The notes: generated by a model not told the origin, from the letters alone. DNA of 64,000 nucleotides from an uncultured Candidatus Micrarchaeota archaeon (GCA_963800555.1 CAWDBH010000010.1:104603-168602); one strand, 5' to 3'; counted from the stretch's first letter, positions 1 to 10,153 are shown. Made by a program: numbers and translations.

Positions 1-2
1 TC

Positions 3-596
3 CTGGCGTTCGCATTCCTTTTCGGTTGCGCGAGCGTTCCAAGCAATACGATGAACGCGTCAGTCAACACCTCGGCCAATCTATCTGCCCATAGCGGGGA
101 AGTGGTCGTCCTTGAAACATCCAAAGGCGATATAGACATTGAGCTGAACCGTTCAGCCGCGCCTCTGACCGTGGCGAATTTCGAAAACTACGTGAATTCA
201 GGCTTCTATGACGGCACGATATTCCACAGGGTGATATCCGGATTCATGATACAAGGCGGCGGATTCACACCGGACGGGCAGCAGAAGGCGACGAATCCGC
301 CGATCAAGCTCGAATCCGATAATGGATTGAAGAATATAGCCGGTTCGATAGCAATGGCGAGGACGTCAGACCCTGACAGCGCTACCTCGCAGTTCTTCAT
401 CAACACGGTGGATAACCCACCGCTCGATTATGCACCCGGGAACCCTGGTTACACGGTGTTCGGGCAAGTGATATCCGGGATGGATGTCGTACATGAGATC
501 GAATCGGTCCAGACCGTGGACAACGGCGGTTACCAGGATTGGCCTCTTCAGCCGGTTACAATAGAGAAAGCGTACATGGAGAATGTGAGCGGATGA
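3..596 (+). CDS. Cyclophilin-type peptidyl-prolyl cis-trans isomerase, 5'-partial, probable lipoprotein
   Basis: FHRVISGFMIQGGGF and SQFFIN cyclophilin motifs. The frame stays open upstream of the track's Met back to the window edge and encodes LAFAFLFGC, a signal-peptide/lipobox-like end. Confidence 0.9.
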   Translation: MAFAFLFGCASVPSNTMNASVNTSANLSAHSGEVVVLETSKGDIDIELNRSAAPLTVANFENYVNSGFYDGTIFHRVISGFMIQGGGFTPDGQQKATNPPIKLESDNGLKNIAGSIAMARTSDPDSATSQFFINTVDNPPLDYAPGNPGYTVFGQVISGMDVVHEIESVQTVDNGGYQDWPLQPVTIEKAYMENVSG

Positions 597-1048
597 AGAA
601 ACTGTTCGGAGCCATATTGATATGCGAACTCGCCGGAGCTATCGGTTCCATATTCACACTGCAATCCATCCCTACGTGGTATGCCACTCTGATAAAACCC
701 GGTTTCTCCCCTCCTAATTGGCTGTTCGGACCGGTATGGATCTTGCTGTATGCCTTGATGGGCGTGGCCGCGTATTGGATCTACATCTCAAAGGATAAAA
801 GAACGAAAGCCGCGCTTTCCATATTCGGTTTCCAGCTCGTTCTGAACGTGCTCTGGTCCATCGCTTTCTTTGGGCTCCGATCCCCGTTATACGGGTTGGT
901 GGTAATCGTCCTTCTTTGGCTATCGATAGTGGCGACGATCCTGAAATTCCACGAGATAGACAAGAAGGCCGGGCTTGTCCTGATACCGTACATACTATGG
1001 GTCAGCTTCGCCTTGATACTGAACCTTTTCATCTGGAGATTGAACTGA
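593..1048 (+). CDS. tspO: TspO/MBR family tryptophan-rich sensory protein
   Basis: Five-TM protein with WYATLIKPGFSPPNWLFGPVW and W-rich C-terminus. ATG at 593 overlaps the upstream stop (ATGA). Confidence 0.88.
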   Translation: MKKLFGAILICELAGAIGSIFTLQSIPTWYATLIKPGFSPPNWLFGPVWILLYALMGVAAYWIYISKDKRTKAALSIFGFQLVLNVLWSIAFFGLRSPLYGLVVIVLLWLSIVATILKFHEIDKKAGLVLIPYILWVSFALILNLFIWRLN

Positions 1049-1152
1049 AAAGAGGCAAAAATGCCTGATTTTCCCCAATCCGCTCTATTTAAGAGGCGTG
1101 GCGGAAGTAACAATACAGAACAAAATGTCTAAATGAATAAAATGGTGTAAAT

Positions 1153-1296
1153 ATGGGATATGGAGATAACAGCGACAGGGAAATGTTTGACGCAACGTGC
1201 GCGAAATGCGGGCAGCCATGCCAGGTTCCTTTCAAACCAACCGAAGGAAGACCGGTATACTGCAGGAACTGCTACAAACCGAAACCACGATTCTGA
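1153..1296 (+). CDS. Small CxxC...CxxC zinc-ribbon protein
   Basis: My translation: MGYGDNSDREMFDATCAKCGQPCQVPFKPTEGRPVYCRNCYKPKPRF. This is a different frame from track ORF 1160..1348 and too short for the track. An alternative start lies at 1183. Confidence 0.55.
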   Translation: MGYGDNSDREMFDATCAKCGQPCQVPFKPTEGRPVYCRNCYKPKPRF

Positions 1297-1412
1297 AGTC
1301 AATCGATTCAGGGTTCGTTTTTTAATTTTTGATTACTTTTTCCAATAATCTATTTCTCGAAAGATGGAAGTTTTATAAGCCTCAATCCTGAAAGTTGAAG
1401 CGAGGGGATTGA

Positions 1413-1880
1413 ATGGCATTGAAAGAGAACGATGTAGCGCCGGATTTCAGTCTGCAGGACTCTTACGGCAAGGAAGTCTCATTGCACGATTTTCTAGGCA
1501 GATGGGTCGTGGTGTATTTCTACCCGAAGGACCTGACTGCCGGTTGCACGATCGAGGCGATGGATTTCACGAAGCTCGCTCCAGAGTTCGAGAAGGCGGG
1601 CGCTATGATCCTCGGGATAAGCAAGGACACCTGCGAATCACACATGAAGTTCGTAAAGGAGAAAAAGCTCGGGATAACATTGCTTGCCGATCCGGATGGA
1701 GCGGTGAACAAGATATACGGGGTATGGAGCGAGAGGAAATTCATGGGCAGGGTATTCATGGGAACCGAGCGCACCACATTCCTGGTCGATGCCAAGGGGA
1801 AGATAGCTAAGATATGGCATGATGTCAACCCGCTGGGGCATGCCTCGGCCGTCCTTGAAGAAGTTAAAAAGAGGAAATGA
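1413..1880 (+). CDS. bcp: Peroxiredoxin, Bcp/PrxQ type
   Basis: VVVYFYPKDLTAGCTIEA active-site motif; length typical of Bcp. Confidence 0.92.
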   Translation: MALKENDVAPDFSLQDSYGKEVSLHDFLGRWVVVYFYPKDLTAGCTIEAMDFTKLAPEFEKAGAMILGISKDTCESHMKFVKEKKLGITLLADPDGAVNKIYGVWSERKFMGRVFMGTERTTFLVDAKGKIAKIWHDVNPLGHASAVLEEVKKRK

Positions 1881-1886
1881 TAATTC

Positions 1887-2321
1887 ATGAGAGTCTCTAG
1901 CACTTTCAATGATGGGGAGACGATCCCATCGAAGTTCAGCTGCCAAGGCCAGAACGTCAATCCTAAGCTCGAGCTCTCGGAGATGCCCAAAGGAGCGAAG
2001 TGCCTGGCCTTGATAATGGACGATCCTGACGCTCCGATGGGGACTTTCGTGCACTGGGTCGTCTGGAACATCCCGGTCTCGAAGGAGATCAAGGAAAACG
2101 CCAAGAACCTAGGAGTGGACGGGGTAGGGACCGTGGGCTCTCCTGGTTATCATGGGCCTTGCCCTCCGCCGGGACATGGCCCCCACAGGTACTTCTTCAA
2201 GGTCTATGCCCTTGATATTCTTCTTGAGCTGAAGCCCGGTTCTGATAAGGATGGTTTGCTGAAGGCTATGGAAGGGCATGTCCTGGCTTCTGCGGAATTG
2301 ATGGGAAGATTCGAGAGATGA
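1887..2321 (+). CDS. YbhB/YbcL (PEBP/Raf kinase inhibitor-like) family protein
   Basis: DDPDAP...FVHWVVWNIP...GPCPPPGHGPHRYFFKVYALD motifs. Confidence 0.9.
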   Translation: MRVSSTFNDGETIPSKFSCQGQNVNPKLELSEMPKGAKCLALIMDDPDAPMGTFVHWVVWNIPVSKEIKENAKNLGVDGVGTVGSPGYHGPCPPPGHGPHRYFFKVYALDILLELKPGSDKDGLLKAMEGHVLASAELMGRFER

Positions 2322-2498
2322 TCACGCGATCGGTTTCCTGACCGCGAGTTTTGTTATCTCGGTCGAGCAGGCGCCCATCTTCCTGCAAAATTCCTCGCAC
2401 AAGAGCGCCTGGGCCAACTCGTTGTATCCGAAGCCGCATTCCTCGCAGATATAAACCGGTTTTCCTTTATGGGTTTCCTGCAAGACCATGCAGGGCAT
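2322..2498 (-). CDS. Small Cys-rich protein (58 aa), putative metal-binding
   Basis: My translation: MPCMVLQETHKGKPVYICEECGFGYNELAQALLCEEFCRKMGACSTEITKLAVRKPIA. Below the track cutoff; replaces implausible track ORFs 2351..2533 and 2354..2539. Confidence 0.4.
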   Translation of the reverse strand: MPCMVLQETHKGKPVYICEECGFGYNELAQALLCEEFCRKMGACSTEITKLAVRKPIA

Positions 2499-2535
2499 CC
2501 ACCGCTAATATTCTTACGCTTTTCGCCCGCTAATC

Positions 2536-3519
2536 TCATTCAAGCTGGGCTTTGGCCTGGGATTCCAGGAATTCCATTTTCGGGCAGAAGACCAATGCGC
2601 CGTTGTGTTCTACCTCGATCGTCTCGAATGCATCGCGCAGTCTCGATTCCAGCGTCTGGAAGACTGGCGCGAAACAGGTGTTCGCTCCCTCTACGCTCAA
2701 TCCGACCCCCGGGACTTCGTATGGGATCCGTTTCGGGATGTATGAGTTGAATGTCGTGGAATACCTTGCGTTCGGTTCGAGCCGGATGCTCAAATCTCCG
2801 ACATGAGCGTGTTGGAATCCCATCCCCATGATGTCTGTCCTCAGGATGGTCCCCTCGCTCAGATAAGACATGAATTCCTGGTAGCTCGAGAATTGCCTGC
2901 TATCAAGATAGATGCTGTAAGCAGGGATGTTGTCGATGAGTTCGTTGCTGTATCTCACGTGGTATGAGCTGCCGTGGACTTTGTTGTAAGCGGTCTGCCA
3001 GAACTCGATCGATAGATCGGATATCTTCTGGCAAAGCTCGTGATTATCCGGATGTTTGGCCAATTCCTTCACGATATCCTGGGCTTGCGCGCAGATCCTT
3101 TTCGCGTTTTCAACGCCCTCTTCAAATCCTTCGTCCCGGCGGTAAATCCATGCGAAATCGCCCGTAGTTTTCTCGATATATTCCTTATTCGCAGCCTCGA
3201 TCAACTCTGTGGATTTGGCTATCTTTCTCACGATGTCCACATTGGCGATAGCGAACATCAATGAGCAGATTGACTGATATACATGGGTGAAAAGCTTCCG
3301 GTGCGCGAGAGCCATCTTCTGTTCATCTGCTTTCGAGTATTTCCCTATCGTTTCCTGCGTCGCAGGGAAAAACACGTAATGCCTGTCGAAAGTAGAGCTT
3401 TTGCCAGCCAGCGATTCCATAAGCGGGAGGGCTCTGAAGGCCCCGTCCTTGCTGAGGCTCAAATGTCTGAAACCTCTGGAGATAACTTCATTTTGAGGGG
3501 TAATAGGACTCTGAACCAT
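2536..3519 (-). CDS. Hypothetical protein (327 aa)
   Basis: Long ORF with an AT-rich promoter-like region upstream (3520-3580). I recognise no family motif. Confidence 0.6.
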   Translation of the reverse strand: MVQSPITPQNEVISRGFRHLSLSKDGAFRALPLMESLAGKSSTFDRHYVFFPATQETIGKYSKADEQKMALAHRKLFTHVYQSICSLMFAIANVDIVRKIAKSTELIEAANKEYIEKTTGDFAWIYRRDEGFEEGVENAKRICAQAQDIVKELAKHPDNHELCQKISDLSIEFWQTAYNKVHGSSYHVRYSNELIDNIPAYSIYLDSRQFSSYQEFMSYLSEGTILRTDIMGMGFQHAHVGDLSIRLEPNARYSTTFNSYIPKRIPYEVPGVGLSVEGANTCFAPVFQTLESRLRDAFETIEVEHNGALVFCPKMEFLESQAKAQLE

Positions 3520-3625
3520 ACGATATTATGTGTTCGGAACCATTTATAATCATATGATTATACTTATTATAACTTAAAAAATGCGAATAATATACATTAA
3601 ATATCTAAATGAGGATATCAATTTC

Positions 3626-4459
3626 ATGTTCGAATCACTTTCAAGGTCACTGAGCATAGTGAAGAAAAGCTTCGGCGTCCTGATGGAGGAGAAGAAGCTC
3701 CTGTTGTTCCCCATCATAAGCGCCATCGCGATATTGGCGGTCCTCATCTCGTTCGTCATCCCGGTGCTCTTCATAAACAGCGGGATCCTGATGATCGCGC
3801 TGCTCTTCTGCTTCTATTTCGCCTCCTATTTCGTGGTGATATTCTTCAATAGCGCACTGATCCATGCCGTGAACGAGAAGCTCGAAGGCAGGCCGGTCTC
3901 GCTGACAGCGAGCATATCCTTCGCGTTCTCGAGGATAGTAAACATCGTCTTATGGACGATCGTCGCAGCCACCGTAGGGGTCATCCTCAGCATGCTGAGG
4001 AGCGCCGCACAACGCGGAAGGGGAGTTGGCGCCCTGATCGGTGGACTCGTCGTCTCAGTCATAGGCATGGCATGGTCATTCGCGACGTTCTTCGTGGTTC
4101 CCGTGATCGTGTTCGAGAACGTAGGTCCGTTCGCTGCCATCGCCCGCTCGATTGATATCGTGAAGAAGACCTGGAGCGAGGAAATGATCGGCGGTTTCGC
4201 GATAGGGATAATCTTTTTGGTAGCATATCTGATAGGCATAGCTCTCATAATCGGAGGGGTCTTCTTGCCTCCATTGGTGATAGTTCTCGTGCCTCTCGGC
4301 ATCTTCGTCTTGTTCCTGGCCTTCATCACCCATGGGGCCGTGGAAGGGGTATTCGTGGCCGAGCTCTACAGGTACTCCAAGAACGGCCAAGCCGTGGTAT
4401 TCAAGGATGAGATAGAACAGGCCCGCGGCGTGCAGATGAAACCGCCAGGGCAATTCTGA
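3626..4459 (+). CDS. Multi-pass membrane protein of unknown function
   Basis: Several long hydrophobic segments. Start moved to MFESLSRSL (ATG 3626). Confidence 0.65.
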   Translation: MFESLSRSLSIVKKSFGVLMEEKKLLLFPIISAIAILAVLISFVIPVLFINSGILMIALLFCFYFASYFVVIFFNSALIHAVNEKLEGRPVSLTASISFAFSRIVNIVLWTIVAATVGVILSMLRSAAQRGRGVGALIGGLVVSVIGMAWSFATFFVVPVIVFENVGPFAAIARSIDIVKKTWSEEMIGGFAIGIIFLVAYLIGIALIIGGVFLPPLVIVLVPLGIFVLFLAFITHGAVEGVFVAELYRYSKNGQAVVFKDEIEQARGVQMKPPGQF

Positions 4460-4481
4460 AATTGGCTTCGGAGGGATTATC

Positions 4482-5204
4482 ATGGATCCGAAAGGAAAAA
4501 TTGTTATAGTTACGGGCGCATCCTCAGGAATCGGGCTCGCAACCGCGAGGCTCGTATCAGCAAATGGGGCTAAAGTTGTGCTGGCTTCCCGTTCGAAAGA
4601 CAAGCTGGACAAGATATCCTCAGAATTATCAGGCTCTATAGCTATCAAATGCGACATGACGAAAGAATCGGACATCAAGAATCTCTTCAATCAGACGATG
4701 AAGCATTTCGGGCGGGTAGATATCCTGGTGAACAATGCCGGCCAAGGGTATGACGCTCCCGTGGAGAAGATCAATATCGAGACATTCCGCAAGATCTTCG
4801 AGCTCGACGTCGTCGGTCCGCTCATCGCGATGGAGGAAGTTATTCCGATAATGAGGAAGCAGGGCGGCGGGTCTATTGTGAATGTCAGTTCTGGGACGGC
4901 GCTCGCTTATTGGCCTAATATGGCGCCATATTCGTCCATGAAACGGGCTTTGGCAGGCATCAGTATCACAGCCGACGCCGAGCTTAAATCGGACAAGATC
5001 GCGGTCAGCGTTATCTATCCGTACGCCACGCTCACCGATTTCGAGAAGAATACCCTGAAGAACGATGTCCCTGATGAAGATGACGACCTGCCATTCAAGG
5101 CCGATACCGCAGAGCACGTCGCCGAGAAGATCCTCGAGGCCATCAAATCCGGCGATGCCGAGGTATTCGCACATGACTGGATGAAGAATATGGGGAAAAA
5201 ATAG
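4482..5204 (+). CDS. SDR family oxidoreductase
   Basis: TGASSGIG cofactor motif, NNAG, and the S...Y..MK catalytic region (YSSMK). Confidence 0.9.
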   Translation: MDPKGKIVIVTGASSGIGLATARLVSANGAKVVLASRSKDKLDKISSELSGSIAIKCDMTKESDIKNLFNQTMKHFGRVDILVNNAGQGYDAPVEKINIETFRKIFELDVVGPLIAMEEVIPIMRKQGGGSIVNVSSGTALAYWPNMAPYSSMKRALAGISITADAELKSDKIAVSVIYPYATLTDFEKNTLKNDVPDEDDDLPFKADTAEHVAEKILEAIKSGDAEVFAHDWMKNMGKK

Positions 5205-5241
5205 ATAAGCAAAAATTTCAGGCGTAACTATTGGCCATATG

Positions 5242-5568
5242 TCATAAGCCCCCTTCTTCTCTGATGGCTGCGTAGAGGTTTTCTCTTCTCATCTCCAGGC
5301 GATCAACAATACCTTCGATCCTCGCCCTCTCGATTGGTTTTTCGCCGCCGATGTTCTCAAACGCACGTTCGAGCAGTTGCAGAGTGTTCTGCGGGTTCGG
5401 ACTTCCTCTGACACCATAAGTATTCACGATGATGCCTTTCAGTCGATCCACGAGCGGGGGGTGGTCGACAAACCTGCTCAATCTCACGGGAATAGAATCG
5501 CCATGATTCATCTCCCATTTTCCAGCTTTCGTCCTATTTGCAAAGTAAATCCCTTTCCATACATTCAC
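5242..5568 (-). CDS. Hypothetical protein (108 aa)
   Basis: ORF only. Confidence 0.4.
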   Translation of the reverse strand: MNVWKGIYFANRTKAGKWEMNHGDSIPVRLSRFVDHPPLVDRLKGIIVNTYGVRGSPNPQNTLQLLERAFENIGGEKPIERARIEGIVDRLEMRRENLYAAIREEGGL

Positions 5569-5654
5569 CTTGGATTTTGAACGATTTCCTGGTTTTTTAA
5601 GGGTATGTAACGATAACGTAACTATAACCGTGTAAAACTCCCAAAGGTAGAAAT

Positions 5655-6569
5655 ATGAAAGGGATAAACTGCGAGAATATCTCCAAGAGCTATGATAACG
5701 GGAAGAAAGCCTTGGATAGCGTCAGCTTCAACTTCATCGACAGGGGCATAATATCGATAATAGGCAGGAACGGCGCCGGGAAAACAACCCTTACGCGGAT
5801 ACTCGCCACGGAGCTGATGCCGAGCGCAGGTAATGCCTCCATAGACGGCATAGACATACTCAAGGATCCGGGCAAGGTGCGGGAGCTGATAGCCATAGTC
5901 CCCCAGGAGTCGAGGCCCATCGGATGGCTGACCTGCAAGCAAGCGGTGACTACCTACCTTCTCTATCGCGGCTATAGCTATTCCGAAGCGTCAACGCGGG
6001 CATTGGATGCGCTCAAGAAGATAGGCATAGAGCAATATGCCAACAGCCTAGCCAGACGACTTTCCGGAGGCACCAAGAGGAAACTCACTATCGCGACCGT
6101 TCTTGCATCGGATGCGAAGATAATCTTCCTGGACGAGCCGACCACTGGCTTGGATCCGATATCGAGGAACGAGCTGTGGAACATGCTCGAGCTGCTCAAG
6201 AAGGACTACCTGATATTCCTGACGACACACTACCTAGAAGAAGCGGAGCGGCTCGCTGACAAGATAGGCATAATGGAGATGGGCAACCTCCTCGCTTTCG
6301 GAAGCATGGGTGACCTGAGGAAAAAGGTGGATTACGAATACTGCGTGAGGATAAACGACAAGAGGGGAAAATTCGAGCTCAAGGACGGCAAGTACATAAC
6401 CGGAAGGGACAACACGGAGCAGATATTCACGAGCAAAAGCGAGGCTTTCGAGATATCGAAGCAGCTGATGAAAGAAGGAGTGTCGTTCTCATCCAATCCT
6501 TTGAGCCTGGAAGATATATTCTATTACATCGTAAAAATGCGACTGAGTGAGGACTATGAAGAGAAGTAA
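5655..6569 (+). CDS. ABC transporter ATP-binding protein
   Basis: Walker A GRNGAGKTT, signature LSGGTKRK, Walker B IIFLDEPT. Confidence 0.93.
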   Translation: MKGINCENISKSYDNGKKALDSVSFNFIDRGIISIIGRNGAGKTTLTRILATELMPSAGNASIDGIDILKDPGKVRELIAIVPQESRPIGWLTCKQAVTTYLLYRGYSYSEASTRALDALKKIGIEQYANSLARRLSGGTKRKLTIATVLASDAKIIFLDEPTTGLDPISRNELWNMLELLKKDYLIFLTTHYLEEAERLADKIGIMEMGNLLAFGSMGDLRKKVDYEYCVRINDKRGKFELKDGKYITGRDNTEQIFTSKSEAFEISKQLMKEGVSFSSNPLSLEDIFYYIVKMRLSEDYEEK

Positions 6570-7299
6570 ATTCAGCCAGATCATCGCGTCGATACTGATC
6601 AATTCGCTGTACGCGCTGAAGAACTACCCAGTCACACTGGTGAATTCGCTCCTCGCGCCGATATCCATAATCATCGTGATATTCTTCGTGAGCAAGGGGA
6701 GCCTTGTCGGAGTCGCTATCGAAGGCGGCCTTCTGACGGCCATGATAGGGGCCGGGACATCGCTCCAGATGGACGTCTCGCATTTCAAGAACGATTTCAA
6801 GATCCAGGACATGGTGGTGAGTTCTCCGACGAGCCAGCTCACGTACATGGTAGGCATGGCGCTCTCCGAGATAGTGGATTCCCTCCCCGCATTGATAGTG
6901 CTCGGCGTGCTCGCCCTAGTGTTCATCAAGCCCACGATAATACAGGCGGCCACGATAGCATTCGTGATGCTGTTGATGTTCATTTTCTCATCTTCATTGG
7001 GATTTTTGTTCTCGACCTTCACCACCGACATAATCGAGAGCAGGGCGTATCTGGGCATATTCAGCCTGATTTTGACTACCATCCCGCCGATATACTACCC
7101 CATAACCTACATACCCATGCCGTTCCAGTATCTAGCGTATCTTTCCCCGACCACGTACGCGGCCGAAATCGTGCAGAACTCGATGGGCTACCTGCAGCTG
7201 ACCCCTCTGAACCTGGCCGTGGATTTCATCGTGGTGATAATCGCGGCGTTCGGACTATTGTTCATCTCCTATAAGCATGCGGTCTGGAGAGACAAATGA
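6547..7299 (+). CDS. ABC-2 type transporter permease
   Basis: Six hydrophobic segments. Overlaps the ATPase gene end, indicating an operon. Confidence 0.8.
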   Translation: MRTMKRSKFSQIIASILINSLYALKNYPVTLVNSLLAPISIIIVIFFVSKGSLVGVAIEGGLLTAMIGAGTSLQMDVSHFKNDFKIQDMVVSSPTSQLTYMVGMALSEIVDSLPALIVLGVLALVFIKPTIIQAATIAFVMLLMFIFSSSLGFLFSTFTTDIIESRAYLGIFSLILTTIPPIYYPITYIPMPFQYLAYLSPTTYAAEIVQNSMGYLQLTPLNLAVDFIVVIIAAFGLLFISYKHAVWRDK

Positions 7300-7339
7300 A
7301 TTATAAACCCATTATAACATATTATAATCAAGTGTTCAT

Positions 7340-7567
7340 ATGGGTGAAATATTCAAATCGACTATCCGGCCGCTGGGTTCTTCGGCGTGCGTTCTCATAC
7401 CGAAGGAGCAGTTAGTGGAACGGGGCCTGAAAATCGGGGATAAAGTGGAGATCGCTCTGCTGGTGCATCGGACGCCCGCCGACTTCGATAAACTGCTCGG
7501 AATAGCGAAAGGCGCTGGTCCATTCGTCCGTGATAAAAAAACCCGGCGATTCGATGATCCTGCTTGA
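7340..7567 (+). CDS. vapB: AbrB/SpoVT-type antitoxin (VapB-like)
   Basis: Small protein with the looped-hinge-helix pattern SACVLIPKEQLVERGLKIGDKVEI, directly upstream of a PIN gene. Confidence 0.75.
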   Translation: MGEIFKSTIRPLGSSACVLIPKEQLVERGLKIGDKVEIALLVHRTPADFDKLLGIAKGAGPFVRDKKTRRFDDPA

Positions 7568-7931
7568 CACCTCGGCTTGGATAGAGATATTCAGGGATAC
7601 CGACAAGGGCCGGAAAGCTCTGGAAACACTCAAATCAGAAGATGGAGCCTATGCATGCGTGATCAGCATCGCCGAAATCTCTTCATGGGCTGATAAGAAC
7701 AGGTTCGACCCCAGTATGCTGCTCCAGGAGCTCGGCAAAACAGCTGATTACGTAGATCTCGACCGCGGGATTCTCCAGCAATCCGGGCTCGATTATAATA
7801 AGCTAAGGAAGACAAAGGAGAAAATAAGCCTGATCGACGCGATTATCTATACGACGGCAGCCATCCACGGGCTGAAACTGCTCACATGCGACAGGGATTT
7901 TGAAGGGTTACCTGATGTTATATTGATTTGA
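7554..7931 (+). CDS. vapC: PIN-domain ribonuclease toxin VapC
   Basis: MILLDTSAWIE N-terminus and C-terminal LLTCDRDF. Start ATG at 7554 overlaps the antitoxin gene. Confidence 0.85.
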   Translation: MILLDTSAWIEIFRDTDKGRKALETLKSEDGAYACVISIAEISSWADKNRFDPSMLLQELGKTADYVDLDRGILQQSGLDYNKLRKTKEKISLIDAIIYTTAAIHGLKLLTCDRDFEGLPDVILI

Positions 7932-8089
7932 AAAACGGCGAATAAAATGGAAAAAGATGCCAAAACCAAGAAAGAAGAAATTGTTCGCGTAGATCCACAG
8001 TTAATCAGAGACATCATCGAGGCTAAAAAAGCAGTTCTGAAAGAGTTTGCATCTCGCTAGTTTATTAGATATCATGTTCCTTAAAGAGA

Positions 8090-8392
8090 TTGAGAAAAGG
8101 TGTATCTATGGTCATGGTAATGTCGATTTTGGAAGGGGATCTGCCGCCGGATAAAGCGGCCAAGCTCGAAGCGAACTTCGCGGAATATGTGAAAACACTT
8201 GAACCCGGGATTGTACAGACGTCCTTCATCAAGAACGGGGCCAAATGCAAGGTCATAACGCTCTGGGAGAGCAAGGAAGCGCTGACCGCGATGAAAGTCA
8301 AGGGGACCCCGAAGAGCGTGCTGCTGTTCAGATATGCTGGGGTAGAGCCGGCGTTATTGGCTTATGATGTCGTGAATTCAAAAGCGAAATGA
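8090..8392 (+). CDS. Small ABM/Dabb-like protein, function unknown
   Basis: About 95 aa with a ferredoxin-like pattern. Start uncertain (8090 or 8108). Confidence 0.45.
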   Translation: MRKGVSMVMVMSILEGDLPPDKAAKLEANFAEYVKTLEPGIVQTSFIKNGAKCKVITLWESKEALTAMKVKGTPKSVLLFRYAGVEPALLAYDVVNSKAK

Positions 8393-8402
8393 GGTGTTAC
8401 GC

Positions 8403-8783
8403 ATGGGGAACGTAGTGTATTTCGAGATACCGTCTGAAGATGTCGAGAGGGCGAAGAAATTCTATGCCAGCGTATTCGGCTGGGACATAAGGAAAAGCCC
8501 GATGCCTGAGATGCCGGATTATACGATGATCAACACCGGCAAGACGACCGTCGAGGATGGCATGGGTCAGCTGAACATGGGAGGCATCACGAAGAGGGTG
8601 TTCCCGGGGCAGCCGATAACCAACTACATCGAGGTCGAAAGCATCGACAAGACCCTCGAGCTCGTCAAGAAGATGGGCGGCAAGACGGTCGGCAAGAAGA
8701 TGAAGGTGGATACCGTCGGTTTCATGGCCTTCATCAAGGACACCGAAGGCAACGTGATCGGGCTTTGGGAACCGGAGAAATAA
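8403..8783 (+). CDS. VOC (glyoxalase/bleomycin resistance) family protein
   Basis: VVYFEIPSEDVERAKKFYASVFGW and the C-terminal FIKDTEGNVIGLWE pattern. Confidence 0.85.
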   Translation: MGNVVYFEIPSEDVERAKKFYASVFGWDIRKSPMPEMPDYTMINTGKTTVEDGMGQLNMGGITKRVFPGQPITNYIEVESIDKTLELVKKMGGKTVGKKMKVDTVGFMAFIKDTEGNVIGLWEPEK

Positions 8784-8817
8784 TGGAAAAGGATTAAAAA
8801 CATGAATTTCTAAAAGA

Positions 8818-9537
8818 ATGATTGAAAAGATAAAAGAGATTGAGAATATGGCTTGGGGGATTAAACAACACAACATATTCGAACCGAGTACTTTCTTCCA
8901 TCATCCATTTATGTCAGAGGAGCATATAAAAGAAAAATATCAAAAAACCCCAGCATTACCAGAATGGGAATCTGTAGCACCGATAAATTATCTTCAAGTT
9001 TCATATCTAACCGAAATTGAGAGTTTATATAATTCAACTCGTTTGCTCTATGCCCTGTCACCCGAAGTTATTCCATTTTTTCATTTTCAGGTTTTATCAG
9101 CATCGAGAACTATTCTAGAGTTATTAATCAGATTTCAACAAAATATCAGAGATGATGTGAAACTTGATCCAATCGGGCCTCGATTTGATGAAGTTACTTG
9201 GGATCCTAAAATTCGAGAACAAGCTAGAACATTATATGGGGAATTATCATTAGCAACACATGGAAGACATAATGATGTTTATAATAAATCATTATCCTAC
9301 CGGTTATGTCAAAATGATTTAACAGTTGTCGAAAAGAAACATCTTTCTACGTTAATTGAAAATCTTGGAGAAGATCAGGGTAAGCGAGTGTTCTCTGCAT
9401 ATAATGGCCCTATTTTAGATAAATTTTGTTTTGAGGTAATTGGTAAGATCAATATAATCATAATCGAGGTTATGAAAGAAAATCATTATGATAGTAAACC
9501 AAATTTAATTGAACCCCAACATAGTAAACCCAAATAA
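8818..9537 (+). CDS. Hypothetical protein (239 aa) in an AT-rich island
   Basis: ORF only; composition is visibly more AT-rich than the flanks. Confidence 0.55.
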   Translation: MIEKIKEIENMAWGIKQHNIFEPSTFFHHPFMSEEHIKEKYQKTPALPEWESVAPINYLQVSYLTEIESLYNSTRLLYALSPEVIPFFHFQVLSASRTILELLIRFQQNIRDDVKLDPIGPRFDEVTWDPKIREQARTLYGELSLATHGRHNDVYNKSLSYRLCQNDLTVVEKKHLSTLIENLGEDQGKRVFSAYNGPILDKFCFEVIGKINIIIIEVMKENHYDSKPNLIEPQHSKPK

Positions 9538-9718
9538 GCCTAATTTCCCCGTTTTCCATTCTTTTGGCCAGTATTGCCCGTGTAAGCCCTATTACATGGT
9601 CAGGTATCTTCCGGTCAATATCGATACAGTGAACCATATGGTTGAAATGGCTCAAAATACTTAGTATACGGTTTACTGATATGGTTTAGAATAAGAAAAA
9701 TGGTTTACCAAATAACGG

Positions 9719-10012
9719 TTATTCAAACCATTTATCACAGACTGGTCTGACAAACACAATTTGCTCAGTCACGATCAGACTGAATCTTCCAAGACTGATC
9801 GCGAACTCAACTGATTCGCTAGATTGGCCAGCTGGGATGAAGATGGTCCAGGATTTGCCATCGTGCTGCTCTACTAATAATGAACCGATTAATCTCTTCA
9901 TCTGCTCAGATGTCGGGTGAATTGAATTTAGATTATGTCCGGACAGTGCGCACACCTGTTTTCCTAATCCAGTTTCCCGTCGTTGCTGTAAAAGCTCCCT
10001 CATGCATACCAC
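9719..10012 (-). CDS. Hypothetical protein (97 aa), AT-rich island
   Basis: ORF only. Confidence 0.4.
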   Translation of the reverse strand: MVCMRELLQQRRETGLGKQVCALSGHNLNSIHPTSEQMKRLIGSLLVEQHDGKSWTIFIPAGQSSESVEFAISLGRFSLIVTEQIVFVRPVCDKWFE

Positions 10013-10153
10013 GCTGTACTATTATGTGATGGCAGGTATAAAAATATTTCACCAAAAAGCAGCGTTTAGGCCTACCTTCAGGTAAGAAACATATCTGAAA
10101 AATGAATTTAACGTCGATAGATTTATATGGAATGGAATGAAACTAAAACAGTA

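Noticed and set aside
1160-1348. 62-aa track ORF
   Set aside because: Its Arg/Ser-rich product is implausible. An overlapping frame encodes a clean CxxC...CxxC zinc ribbon (1153-1296).
7947-8060. 37-codon ORF (MEKDAKTKKEEIVRVDPQLIRDIIEAKKAVLKEFASR) after vapC
   Set aside because: It is too short, has no motif, and I could assess no conservation evidence, so it is not reported as a gene.
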